Source: Mycobacterium sp. (GTDB lineage Bacteria > Actinomycetota > Actinomycetes > Mycobacteriales > Mycobacteriaceae). From it: a stretch of DNA of 64,000 nt. The notes beneath the pieces are model-generated. The model did not search any database, was not told where the DNA came from, and was given only the letters and a program-made list of their open reading frames with translations. The stretch is from contig JAGQTV010000045.1 of the NCBI GenBank assembly GCA_020438845.1, positions 16,235-80,234 of the forward strand, written 5' to 3'. Positions within the stretch are counted from its first letter, which is position 1. Each line of letters begins with the position of its first letter. This document shows positions 55,164 through 64,000 of this stretch, piece by piece. A program made the position numbers and the translations under genes.

Positions 55164-57449
55164 TCAGCCGAGTCGCGGCGGAGCCGACAGGCCTTCCTCA
55201 CCCGAGTCGTCCTTCGGCGCCGGCGCGCCGTGGCGACCCTGGGGGGGCTGGCCGTGCTGCTGCGGCGGCGGGCCCCAGCCCTGCGGCGGCGGGTACCAGT
55301 AGCCCTGTTGGTGTGGCGGGGGCGGCCACCCGGGTGCGCGCCAGCCGGCAGGGGCTCCGTAATCCGGACCGCTCTGGGCTTGGTGTTGGGGCACGTGGGA
55401 TCCCTGCGGGGAGCCTCCGTTGGCACCGTTGCCATTCCCGCCCTGCGGAGGCTGGGCGGCGGCCGCCGCCGCGGATGCCTGTGCAATCGCCTTCTTGAAA
55501 GCCGGTTCGGGCATGGGTTGCGGCCACGGCTCGCCCCGTTCGATAGCCAGTTCGCCCGGGGTCTTGATCGGTGGCTTGTCCGACGGGATGCGACCACCGA
55601 AGTCGTCGAACACCGTCAGTCGCGGACGCTTGCGAACGTTGGCGAAAATCGCCTGGAGTTCGGCGCGATGCAGTGTCTCCTTCTCGAGGAGTTCGCCGGC
55701 CAGTACGTCGAGGACGTCCCGGTACTCGGTGAGGATCGACCAGGCCTCCGTGTGAGCAGCCTCGATGAGCTTGCGGACCTCGTCGTCGATGTCGCGGGCG
55801 ACTTCGTGGCTGTAATCGGCCTGGGTGCCCATGGTGCGCCCCAGGAACGGGTCGCCATGCTCGGTGCCGTATCGCACCGCACCGAGTTTGGCGCTCATGC
55901 CGTACTCGGTCACCATCGACCGCGCGATCTTGGTGGCCTGCTCGATGTCGGAGACCGCACCCGTCGTGGGCTCGCGGAACACCAATTCCTCAGCAGCGCG
56001 TCCACCCATCGCGAACACCAACCGAGCGATCATCTCCGAGCGGGTCATCATGCCCTTGTCGTCCTCAGGCACCGAGACTGCGTGGCCGCCGGTTCGACCG
56101 CGGGCCAGGATTGTGACCTTGTAGATAGGCTCGATGTCGGGCATGGCCCAGGCCGCCAGGGTGTGACCACCCTCGTGATAGGCGGTGATCTTCTTCTCCA
56201 GTTCGCTGATCACCCGGCCCTTGCGCCGCGGGCCGCCGATCACCCGGTCGACGGCTTCCTCAAGGGCGGCGCCGGTGATGATCGTGCCGTTCTCCCGAGC
56301 GGTCAACAGGGCGGCCTCGTTGATGACGTTGGCCAGGTCGGCACCGGACATCCCCACCGTGCGCTTGGCCAGGCCGTCCAGGTCGGCGTCCGGTGCGAGC
56401 GGCTTGCCCTGGGAGTGCACGCGGAGCACAGCTTTGCGGCCGGCCAGGTCGGGGCTGGACACCGGAATCTGGCGGTCGAATCGGCCAGGTCGGAGCAGCG
56501 CCGGGTCGAGGATGTCCGGCCGGTTGGTGGCCGCGATCATGATGACGCCCTGACGCTCGCCGAAACCGTCCATCTCCACCAGCAACTGGTTGAGGGTCTG
56601 CTCGCGCTCGTCGTGCCCGCCGCCCAGGCCCGCGCCGCGCTGGCGGCCGACGGCGTCGATCTCGTCGACGAAAATGATGCACGGCGAGTTCTGTTTGGCC
56701 TGCTCGAACAGATCGCGCACCCGGGAGGCACCCACACCGACGAACATCTCGACGAAGTCCGAACCCGAGATGGTGAAGAACGGAACGCCGGCCTCGCCCG
56801 CGACCGCCCGGGCCAGCAGCGTCTTGCCGGTACCAGGCGGACCGTAGAGCAACACGCCCTTGGGAATCTTGGCGCCCAGCGCCTGATAACGGCCCGGGTT
56901 CTGCAGGAAGTCTTTGATCTCGTAAAGCTCCTCGACAGCCTCGTCAGCGCCCGCGACGTCGGCGAAGGTGGTCTTGGGCATGTCTTTGGAGAGCTGTTTG
57001 GCCCGCGACTTACCGAAGCCGAAGCCCATCCGGCCACCGGTCTGCATGCGGGAGAACAACACGAAAAGGCCGACCAGCAGCAGGAGCGGCAGCATGTAGA
57101 CCAGCAGGGAGCCCAGCACGCTGGGCTGGTTGACCGCGGTATTGGTCTTGATGCCCTTGTCGTTCAGAGAGTCGAACAGCGGAACCGCGTATCCGGTGGG
57201 ATATTTCGCGATGACCTTGTCGGCGTTGCCGGTGTCGCCGTTGCCGCTCTTCAGTTCCATCCGCAGCTGCTGCTCGCGGTCGTCGATCTGGGCTTCCTTG
57301 ACGTTGTCGGCCTTGATCTGGGCGACCGCCACCGACGTGTCGACCGGCTTGAAGCCACGGGTGTCGTCATTGAAGTAAAAGAACATCCAGCCCAGCAGCA
57401 AGACGACGGCGATCACCGTGAGCGTGCGGATTACGGATTTCCGATTCAT
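55164..57449 (-). CDS. ftsH: ATP-dependent zinc metalloprotease FtsH
   Basis: Two TM segments, [19 protein letters not shown] and HEGGH; Pro/Gln-rich tail. Confidence 0.98.
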   Translation of the reverse strand: MNRKSVIRTLTVIAVVLLLGWMFFYFNDDTRGFKPVDTSVAVAQIKADNVKEAQIDDREQQLRMELKSGNGDTGNADKVIAKYPTGYAVPLFDSLNDKGIKTNTAVNQPSVLGSLLVYMLPLLLLVGLFVLFSRMQTGGRMGFGFGKSRAKQLSKDMPKTTFADVAGADEAVEELYEIKDFLQNPGRYQALGAKIPKGVLLYGPPGTGKTLLARAVAGEAGVPFFTISGSDFVEMFVGVGASRVRDLFEQAKQNSPCIIFVDEIDAVGRQRGAGLGGGHDEREQTLNQLLVEMDGFGERQGVIMIAATNRPDILDPALLRPGRFDRQIPVSSPDLAGRKAVLRVHSQGKPLAPDADLDGLAKRTVGMSGADLANVINEAALLTARENGTIITGAALEEAVDRVIGGPRRKGRVISELEKKITAYHEGGHTLAAWAMPDIEPIYKVTILARGRTGGHAVSVPEDDKGMMTRSEMIARLVFAMGGRAAEELVFREPTTGAVSDIEQATKIARSMVTEYGMSAKLGAVRYGTEHGDPFLGRTMGTQADYSHEVARDIDDEVRKLIEAAHTEAWSILTEYRDVLDVLAGELLEKETLHRAELQAIFANVRKRPRLTVFDDFGGRIPSDKPPIKTPGELAIERGEPWPQPMPEPAFKKAIAQASAAAAAAQPPQGGNGNGANGGSPQGSHVPQHQAQSGPDYGAPAGWRAPGWPPPPHQQGYWYPPPQGWGPPPQQHGQPPQGRHGAPAPKDDSGEEGLSAPPRLG

Positions 57450-57572
57450 CAAATATCGGCCCGACCGGGCCCAGTCCTTCCGATATGTGCTGCCTGCCGT
57501 CTCTCAGGTTACCGGTAGTACAACGTCGGGCGGTGCCCGACGGTTTCCTCCCCGCTGTGCTTGGCTGGGCGG

Positions 57573-58156
57573 GCCGACCTTGTCGGCTGATCGACTTCGC
57601 CGGAGCCAAGCGCGCGGCGGTGGTCGGACACGACCTGGGCGCGGTCGTGGCCTGGAGTACGGCACTGCTTCATCCGGACAGGGTCGCAGCGGTGGCCGGG
57701 CTCAGCGTCCCCCCGGTGCCACGCCCGCGCACGCCGCCGACAGCGACGTTCCCCCGGATCTTCGGGGATAATTTCTGCGAGTGCTGCAGCCCGGCTTCAT
57801 CGAGCGGCTGCCGGAACCCGAAGGGCTGCCTGCCTGGCTCTCCCCCGAGGATCTGGCCGCCTACGTCGAGGAGTTCACCCGCACGGGCGTTGAACTGGTA
57901 CCGGAACTTCGACCGGAACTGGCACATCCTCGGGACATCGCCGGTGGCCGGAATCGTCACGGTGCCCGCGCTGTTCGCTGGCGGCAAGCAGGATCCGGTG
58001 CTCAACTTCACCTCGATGGACCGTGCCCGCGAGGTGGCAACGGGGCCCTACCGGCAGGTGATGCTCGACGGCGCCGGCCACTGGATCCAGCAGGAACGCC
58101 CGCAGGACGTCAACGCCGAACTGTTGGCCTTCCTCTCCCAGCTGAACTGGTCTTGA
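57573..58156 (+). pseudogene. ephA: Epoxide hydrolase EphA remnant
   Basis: Fragments ADLVG / LIDFAGAKRAAVVGHDLG..GDNF / PGFIERLPEPEGLPAWL..EFTRTG / LNWYRNFDRNW..GAGHWIQQE lie in shifting frames; N-terminus and part of the cap domain are missing. Confidence 0.85.
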
Positions 58157-58189
58157 GTTCGACCTGGTTGCTCGGGGCTACCGTGGGGA

Positions 58190-58891
58190 ATGCCGATGAG
58201 ACGAATTCTGGTGATGGCGGCGGCCGGACTGACGGCCTTGACCCTGTCAGGGTGTGGCTCAGGGCCGTCCGTCCAGGCGAATCCACGACAAGTCACCGTG
58301 GTCGGCTCGGGTCAGGTCCAGGGGGTGCCCGACACATTGACCGCAAACGTCGAGATCGAGGTGGTGGCCCCGGACGTCACCGCAGCGATGAACCAGACCA
58401 ATGAACGCCAGCAGGCCGTGATCGACGCGTTGGCCGGCAGCGGGATCGACAACAAGGACATCAGCACCACCGGGGTGACGCTCCAGCCCCAGTACGGTGA
58501 CAATTCGGCGATCACCGGCTACCGGGCCGGTAATTCGATCGGCGTCACGATCCGCAAGCTAGACGCCGCATCGGGAGCGCTGACCGCGATCGTGGACGCC
58601 GGCGGGAACGCGACCCGGATCAACTCGGTGAGCTACTCGATCCAGGACGACTCGAAGCTGGTCAGCGATGCGCGGGCACGGGCGTTCGAGGACGCCAAGA
58701 ACCGGGCTGAGCAGTATGCGAAGCTCTCCGGGCTGTCACTGGGCAAGATCATCTCGATCTCGGAGGCCCCCGGCGGCGGCCCGCCCCCGCCGGTGCCGAT
58801 GCCCCGCGATGCGATGGCCGAGGCTGTTCCCTTGCAGCCGGGGCAACAGACCGTCGGATTCTCGGTGACTGCGGTGTGGGAGCTCACCTGA
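58190..58891 (+). CDS. lpqG: SIMPL/DUF541 lipoprotein LpqG
   Basis: Lipobox LSGC; VTVVGSG.V..VPD and ARARAFEDAKNRAEQYA motifs. Confidence 0.85.
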   Translation: MPMRRILVMAAAGLTALTLSGCGSGPSVQANPRQVTVVGSGQVQGVPDTLTANVEIEVVAPDVTAAMNQTNERQQAVIDALAGSGIDNKDISTTGVTLQPQYGDNSAITGYRAGNSIGVTIRKLDAASGALTAIVDAGGNATRINSVSYSIQDDSKLVSDARARAFEDAKNRAEQYAKLSGLSLGKIISISEAPGGGPPPPVPMPRDAMAEAVPLQPGQQTVGFSVTAVWELT

Positions 58892-58897
58892 TCCCGA

Positions 58898-58917
58898 CTG
58901 CTGGAACTGTCCAGCGG
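58898..58917 (+). terminator. Hairpin downstream of lpqG
   Basis: CTGCTGGA-ACTG-TCCAGCGG forms an 8-bp stem with one G-U pair, followed by CGTTTG. Confidence 0.4.
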
Positions 58918-59054
58918 CGTTTGCCGGCGCCCGTGGACCCTGCCTAACACGCGGCGCCGCTGTTAGACGGCGCCGCAGGGATTCGACTGTTTTGGATAGA
59001 TCCACCGAACCGGGGGAACTTTCCGATGTGTGGATTCGCCTGACTACCAATATA

Positions 59055-59088
59055 GTGAGCTCGATTAGGGTGAGCTCGATTAGCGTGA
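59055..59088. repeat. 15-bp direct repeat, about 2.3 copies, upstream of the GT2 gene
   Basis: GTGAGCTCGATTAGG GTGAGCTCGATTAGC GTGA; overlaps a TATAGT hexamer at 59051. Confidence 0.8.
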
Positions 59089-59115
59089 CGAGAATCATGC
59101 TGGAGATGAGGCGCC

Positions 59116-60192
59116 ATGAAATCTGATGGACCCCCGGTTCTCAGCGATTCGTTGACGATAAGTGTGGTGCTCTGCGCCCACACCAAGGACCGGTGGCACG
59201 ACATCATGGCTGCCGTGTCGTCGGTGCGCAACCAGAGCGTCGCTGCCGAGGACATCATTGTCGTGATCGACTACAACCCGGGACTCTACGAGGAACTGAC
59301 GGCCGCGTTGCCAGACGTGATGGTGGTGGAGAACCGCAACGCGAAGGGGCTTTCCGGCGCGCGGAACACCGGCTTCGAGGTGAGTTCGGGCGAGATCATC
59401 GCCTTCCTGGACGACGATGCCCTGGCCCGGAGCGACTGGCTGGAGGAACTCCGCAACGGGTATGTCTCCGATACGATCGCAGGGGTTGGGGGCACCACGT
59501 TGCCGGCCTGGGAGACTGCTCGGCCGCGTTGGTTCCCGGAGGAATTCGACTGGGTTGTGGGCTGCACTTATCGTGGCAGGGAACCCGGCCGAGTTCGTAA
59601 CCTGCTCGGTGGCAACGCATCGTTTCGCCGCGAGGTGTTCACCGCGACTGGCGGCTTTCCAACCGATATCGGCCGCACATCGGACGATCAGCGGCCACTG
59701 GGGGCGGAAGAGACGGAGTTGTGTATCCGGGCTAGCCAGCTGCGCCCGGACTGGGAATACCTGTTCGTGCCGGAGGCCGTGATCTGGCATCGCGTGCCCG
59801 CAGCGCGGGAGCGACTGTCCTACTTCCGGTCCCGGTGTTACGCCGAGGGCCTCTCCAAGGCCGCCGTGACTCGTAGCGTCGGGATTACCGACGGGTTGTC
59901 GACGGAGCGCAATTACACCATCAACACTCTGCCCCGTGGAGTGCTGCGGGGTATAGGTCAGGGGCTGCGGGGTGACCCGGGCGGGCCGCAGCGATCCTGT
60001 GCAATTCTGTTCGGGCTGTTGGCCACGATTCTGGGCTTCGTGGTCGGTGCTATTCGCCGTACCTCGTGGCCAATAGGACGCGAGAACCAAACAGTGAGGT
60101 CCGATGCCGAAAGAAACGGTTCCAATCCTGATGTATCACGCGGTCGCGGAGAACCCGGCGGCGGCCACGTTTCGGTTATCGGTCAGTCCTGA
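59116..60192 (+). CDS. GT2-family glycosyltransferase
   Basis: SVVLCAHT, IVVID, GLSGARNTG, AFLDDD (DxD) and GAEETELC motifs. Confidence 0.9.
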   Translation: MKSDGPPVLSDSLTISVVLCAHTKDRWHDIMAAVSSVRNQSVAAEDIIVVIDYNPGLYEELTAALPDVMVVENRNAKGLSGARNTGFEVSSGEIIAFLDDDALARSDWLEELRNGYVSDTIAGVGGTTLPAWETARPRWFPEEFDWVVGCTYRGREPGRVRNLLGGNASFRREVFTATGGFPTDIGRTSDDQRPLGAEETELCIRASQLRPDWEYLFVPEAVIWHRVPAARERLSYFRSRCYAEGLSKAAVTRSVGITDGLSTERNYTINTLPRGVLRGIGQGLRGDPGGPQRSCAILFGLLATILGFVVGAIRRTSWPIGRENQTVRSDAERNGSNPDVSRGRGEPGGGHVSVIGQS

Positions 60193-60934
60193 AGCACTCG
60201 AGGGTCAGCTGACCTTCCTCGTCGAGCGCGGGTTCACCGGGCTTACGTTTTCCGCTGTCGCTGAAGCGTTCGCGACCGGCGCACCCCTGCCGAAGCGGCC
60301 GGTGGTCTTCACGTTCGATGACGGATACGCCGACTTCGCACGTGAGGCCTGGCCCCTTCTTGACCGGTACGGGTTCCCTGCGACGGTCTTCGTGACGACC
60401 GGGTGGGTCGCTGATGCCGGCCCCCGCTCGGCGGGGATGGCGCTGGACGAGATGCTGACCTGGTCGCAGATCCGTGACCTTGCCGCAGCCGGCGTCGAGA
60501 TCGGGGCGCACAGCCACAGCCACGCTCAACTCGATCAGCTGCCCGAGGCCGAACTGAGCCGCGAACTCAGCGACAGCCGAACACAATTGGAGGAGTGCAC
60601 GGGGGTTGCTATCCGTACGCTGGCCTATCCGTTCGGCTATTCCAACAAGCGGGTGCGCCTCGCCGTCCGATCCGCGGGCTACCGGTACGCGGCGTCAGTT
60701 CGAAATGTGCTGGCCACACCATATGACGACCCGTTTCGGATTCCGCGATTGACCGTCCGTCGCAACACCGACCTAGCTACGTTCGCCGAGGTCATGGACG
60801 GCCCCACCGATCAACCCTTCCGCCGCGATCGGTTGCTAACCGCGGGTTGGGCATCGGTACGAGCGGCCCGCCGCGCCACCAACTGGGTGCGACGCAACGC
60901 CGGGCAGCGGCGCGGCGCCCGGGCCGGTCGATAG
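60104..60934 (+). CDS. Polysaccharide deacetylase (CE4/NodB, IcaB-like subgroup)
   Basis: ILMYH, TFDDG, HSHSH, AYPFG and IPR motifs. Confidence 0.9.
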   Translation: MPKETVPILMYHAVAENPAAATFRLSVSPEALEGQLTFLVERGFTGLTFSAVAEAFATGAPLPKRPVVFTFDDGYADFAREAWPLLDRYGFPATVFVTTGWVADAGPRSAGMALDEMLTWSQIRDLAAAGVEIGAHSHSHAQLDQLPEAELSRELSDSRTQLEECTGVAIRTLAYPFGYSNKRVRLAVRSAGYRYAASVRNVLATPYDDPFRIPRLTVRRNTDLATFAEVMDGPTDQPFRRDRLLTAGWASVRAARRATNWVRRNAGQRRGARAGR

Positions 60935-61020
60935 ACCGGGCGAATGCGGGCGCCGGCACGCGGTGCGACCGGCACCTCAACGGGGTGGGCCTGATCGGCC
61001 GGTATCGAACTGCTGCCCGT

Positions 61021-61590
61021 CTAGTGCTCGTAGACCTTCGGGTGCAGCGTGCCGATGTAGGGAAGATCCCGATAACGTTCGGCGTAGTCCAGGCCGTAGC
61101 CGACGACGAACTCGTTAGGGATATCGAAACCGACGTAAGCGATGTCGACGTCGGCGCGCACCGCGTCGGGCTTACGCAACAAGGCAACCACACGCAGCGA
61201 GCGCGGCTGCCGCGAAGCCAGATTGCGCAATAGCCAAGAGAGCGTCAGACCCGAGTCGACGATGTCCTCCACGATCAGCACGTCGCGGCCGGCGATATCG
61301 CGGTCGAGATCTTTCAGAATCCGCACCACGCCCGAGGATGACGTCGACGAACCGTAGGAACTGACGGCCATGAACTCCAGCTGGGTCGGCACCGGAATGG
61401 CTCGGGCCAGGTCGCTGACGAACATGACGGCACCTTTCAGCACCGTCACCAGCAGCAGATCCTGGCCGTCGAGGCTGTGGGCGTAATCTCGGCCCAGGTC
61501 CGCGGCCAATTCAGCAGTGCGAGCCTGAATTTCCTCTTCGGACACCAGAACGGACTCGATGTCTCCGGGATACAGCTCATGCGCTGACAC
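61021..61590 (-). CDS. hpt: Hypoxanthine-guanine phosphoribosyltransferase
   Basis: [18 protein letters not shown] and FVVGYGLDY motifs. Confidence 0.96.
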   Translation of the reverse strand: MSAHELYPGDIESVLVSEEEIQARTAELAADLGRDYAHSLDGQDLLLVTVLKGAVMFVSDLARAIPVPTQLEFMAVSSYGSSTSSSGVVRILKDLDRDIAGRDVLIVEDIVDSGLTLSWLLRNLASRQPRSLRVVALLRKPDAVRADVDIAYVGFDIPNEFVVGYGLDYAERYRDLPYIGTLHPKVYEH

Positions 61591-61627
61591 GCCCCACAGC
61601 GTGCCACGCCAACGGCGTCCCGACCAC

Positions 61628-62596
61628 TCAAACCGGTTCAATCCGCAACGCCAGGATCGCGTCCCGACGCTCGGCGAACAGCCGGATGCGCGGAACGGCG
61701 CAACCCACTGCCACGCCACCCTGTCCGCGCCAGTCGGTGACCAGCGCATCGACCGCCCTAATCTGCAGGTCGCTCAACCCCTGCGCGCCGCCGACCAGCA
61801 GCCAGCGCCGGAGGACCCGCCGCCGAACAGGGGCAGCCAGGTCCCTGAGGGCACCCACCTCCAGTCGTTCACCCAAGCGGGCCAGCGCCTGCTCCGCCAT
61901 GGCGTCCAGGAGGTCGTTGTCCTCGCGCAGTGCCGCTGCGGTGCGGGCCAGCGCCTCGGCCACTCCGCCGCCGAGGACCTCCTCCAGCAGAGGCAGGACC
62001 TCGGTACGCAGGCGAACACGGGTGAAGCGCGGGTCACTGTTGTGCGGGTCGTCCCAGGCGGCCAACCCCAGCTCCGCACACACCGCGTGGGTCGCCCTCC
62101 GCCGAACTCCCAGTAACGGGCGGTACCACGGCGGGTCGCAGATCCGCATACCGGCGATCGACCGGGGGCCCGACCCGCGGCCGAGGCCGAGCAGCACCGT
62201 TTCAGCCTGGTCGTCGAGAGTGTGGGCAAGCAGCACAGGTGCGCCGTTGCGGGCGGTGTCCAGGGCTGCGTAGCGGGCGGTTCGCGCCGCGGCCTCCGGC
62301 CCTCCTGCGGTTCCGACATCGACCCGAAGAACCCTGGCCTCGGTGCAGCCGAGATCCAGGGCCTGTCTGCGGGCGGTGGCGGCGACCTGGTCGGATCCGG
62401 ACTGCAACCCGTGGTCGATGATCAACGCCGTCGTGGGAAGCACGCCAGCGGCCGCGGCAGTCAAGGCCAACGAGTCCGGGCCGCCAGACAGCGCTACACA
62501 CCACGACTGGGCCGCAGGAAGCCACTCCTGCGCTAGGCCGACCACCGCACCCCGGAGTTGCTTCAGGGGCGGGTCTAGAGCACCCGGTCGATCCAC
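61628..62596 (-). CDS. tilS: tRNA(Ile)-lysidine synthetase
   Basis: [30 protein letters not shown] and RPLL motifs. Confidence 0.95.
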   Translation of the reverse strand: MDRPGALDPPLKQLRGAVVGLAQEWLPAAQSWCVALSGGPDSLALTAAAAGVLPTTALIIDHGLQSGSDQVAATARRQALDLGCTEARVLRVDVGTAGGPEAAARTARYAALDTARNGAPVLLAHTLDDQAETVLLGLGRGSGPRSIAGMRICDPPWYRPLLGVRRRATHAVCAELGLAAWDDPHNSDPRFTRVRLRTEVLPLLEEVLGGGVAEALARTAAALREDNDLLDAMAEQALARLGERLEVGALRDLAAPVRRRVLRRWLLVGGAQGLSDLQIRAVDALVTDWRGQGGVAVGCAVPRIRLFAERRDAILALRIEPV

Positions 62597-63636
62597 TGCT
62601 CCGGTTTCGCGATCTCCTCGGGCTTGGGCAGGCTGTCCGGACCGGACCAGACGACGTTGAACCGCTCCATACCGACGCGGTCCACCACGTGGTCGACGAA
62701 CGCTCGCCCGCGCGTGTACTGGCTCAGCTTCGCGTCCACGCCAAGCAGAGCGCGTAAAAGCCGCTGCAGCGGCGGATGTTTGCGCTGGCGGCGGCAATCG
62801 AAGCGGCGTCGGATCTGGTGCACCGAGGGAACGACGGCGGGGCCGACGGCGTCCATCACGTAGTCGGCGTGGCCCTCCAATAGCGTGCCCAGGACCAGGA
62901 GTTGGTCCAAAGCCTCCCGTTGCCGATCGGATTGGATCGCGCGCAAGATCCCCAGCACCCCGCCGCCGGCCGGGTCGTCGGATGTGTTGCGCCGGTCCCG
63001 TACGAAGTCCGCGAGCCGGCCGACCACCTTGCCGACGTCATCGCCACGCTCGGCCGTCAACAAACCGAGAGCCTCCGACATGTATGGCGCCAACCATGGA
63101 TTTGCCGTGAATTGAACCCGGTGAGTCACTTCATGCAGGCATACCCACATCCGGAAGTCACGCGGATCCAGGCGCAGTTGCCGCTCGACGGCGATCACGT
63201 TCGGGTAGACGAGCAGAAGGCGCCCCCCGCCATCGGGGCCTGTCGATGCAGCGCCGAACGGGTCGTATTGGCCGAGGATTCCCGAGGCCACGAAGGCCAG
63301 CACGGCTCCGGTCTGAGCACCGGCAATCCGCCCGGTGATGGCGTTGGCCGGAGTCAGCGCACCTCCGGTCATGGTCCGCATGGAATCCGATGCGGCGCGG
63401 ACCCATTGCTCGCGGTCGACGACGCTCGCATCGGGCACCGGAGCATCGCTGGATAGCCCGGTGACGTCACGCACCGGCCCTTCAGCGGCGCGCGCGGCAT
63501 CAGCAAGCGCGTCGACGACTTGCCGACGCGTGTAGTCGGTGGCGGGCGGGCCCGGCCTGGCCAGCCGGGCCCCGACAGTCCCCGCAAACGTCCAGTCGAC
63601 GGCCCGGCCGATCGCCGGCGGAGAGGAGCCCGCCAT
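62575..63636 (-). CDS. Zinc-dependent metalloprotease-like protein (Rv3626c/DUF2342)
   Basis: LHEVTHRVQF (HExxH), LEGHADYVMD and KLSQY; synteny. Confidence 0.85.
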   Translation of the reverse strand: MAGSSPPAIGRAVDWTFAGTVGARLARPGPPATDYTRRQVVDALADAARAAEGPVRDVTGLSSDAPVPDASVVDREQWVRAASDSMRTMTGGALTPANAITGRIAGAQTGAVLAFVASGILGQYDPFGAASTGPDGGGRLLLVYPNVIAVERQLRLDPRDFRMWVCLHEVTHRVQFTANPWLAPYMSEALGLLTAERGDDVGKVVGRLADFVRDRRNTSDDPAGGGVLGILRAIQSDRQREALDQLLVLGTLLEGHADYVMDAVGPAVVPSVHQIRRRFDCRRQRKHPPLQRLLRALLGVDAKLSQYTRGRAFVDHVVDRVGMERFNVVWSGPDSLPKPEEIAKPEQWIDRVL

Positions 63637-63639
63637 CAG

Positions 63640-64000
63640 CTAGCTGCAACCACACGTGCGCAGGATCGCGGCAAGTCTGTCGAGGGCGGTCCGGCCTTCG
63701 TCGCCCGCGTTGTTGGAGAGGAAGGCGAAGGTGAGCACCCGGCCGCTGTTGTCGGTGACCATGCCGACCAGTGTGTTGGTCTTGGTCAACGACCCGGTCT
63801 TGGCCCGCAGCCAACCGGCCGGGGACGTGGTCGCGTCGGGGTCCACGAAACGATTGGAGAGGGTGCCGCTGCCGCCGGCGACGGGGAACAGATCCACCAA
63901 GGGGCGCAAAGCCGGGTGGTTCGGGCCAGCCGCGGCATTGACCACCTCGTCGAGGGTCTTGGCCGTCAGCAAATCGGCGATGGAAAGCCCGCTGCAATCC
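63640..64000 (-). CDS. dacB: D-Ala-D-Ala carboxypeptidase DacB (peptidase S13); 5' part lies outside the window
   Basis: DCSGLS, GTLSNRF and LRAKTGSL motifs. Confidence 0.88.
   Translation of the reverse strand, partial: DCSGLSIADLLTAKTLDEVVNAAAGPNHPALRPLVDLFPVAGGSGTLSNRFVDPDATTSPAGWLRAKTGSLTKTNTLVGMVTDNSGRVLTFAFLSNNAGDEGRTALDRLAAILRTCGCS

Noticed and set aside
55155-57518. 787-aa plus-strand ORF
   Set aside because: Antisense shadow of ftsH, typical of high-GC codon bias; the same applies to many other overlapping ORFs in the track.
60104-60192. GT2/deacetylase overlap as a programmed frameshift fusion
   Set aside because: The deacetylase has its own ATG with a GAGG RBS-like sequence, and no slippery site is evident.

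Overview
Mycobacterial chromosome segment. Synteny with M. tuberculosis Rv3559c-Rv3627c is recognised from remembered protein sequences and gene order. The PE-less PGRS-like secreted proteins suggest a rapid grower (Mycolicibacterium-like); this is inference. Left third: cholesterol catabolism, with the KstR2 arm (ipdF, fadE30, fadD3, fadE31-33, aspB) and the KstR arm (hsaABCD, fadE34, kstR) and readable operators for both. Then a Zn/Mn ABC transporter, pxpA, an MBL hydrolase and arsB2, followed by the core block rlmB-cysS-ispF-ispD-carD, lpqE, radA, canB, mutY, mhuD, lpqF, clpC1, lsr2, lysS, coaX-panD-panC, folKBPE, ftsH, lpqG, hpt, tilS and dacB (partial). No rRNA, tRNA, CRISPR array or IS element was found. 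Main departures from the canonical locus: (1) disA, the c-di-AMP synthase, is cleanly absent after radA; (2) kshB is reduced to an intact stand-alone [2Fe-2S] ferredoxin still under KstR operators; (3) an uncalled 51-aa ORF built of three 13-aa repeats; (4) a ~1000-aa secreted PGRS-like GH18 chitinase-fold protein with two mutually homologous domains inserted into the catalytic barrel; (5) a secreted Ig-like protein with an uncharacterised C-terminal domain and a similar N-terminal leader; (6) an orphan gmd behind a 53-bp MIRU-like VNTR; (7) an ephA pseudogene; (8) a GT2 + CE4 deacetylase pair inserted between lpqG and hpt. Start codons were chosen by eye, and no database search was run.
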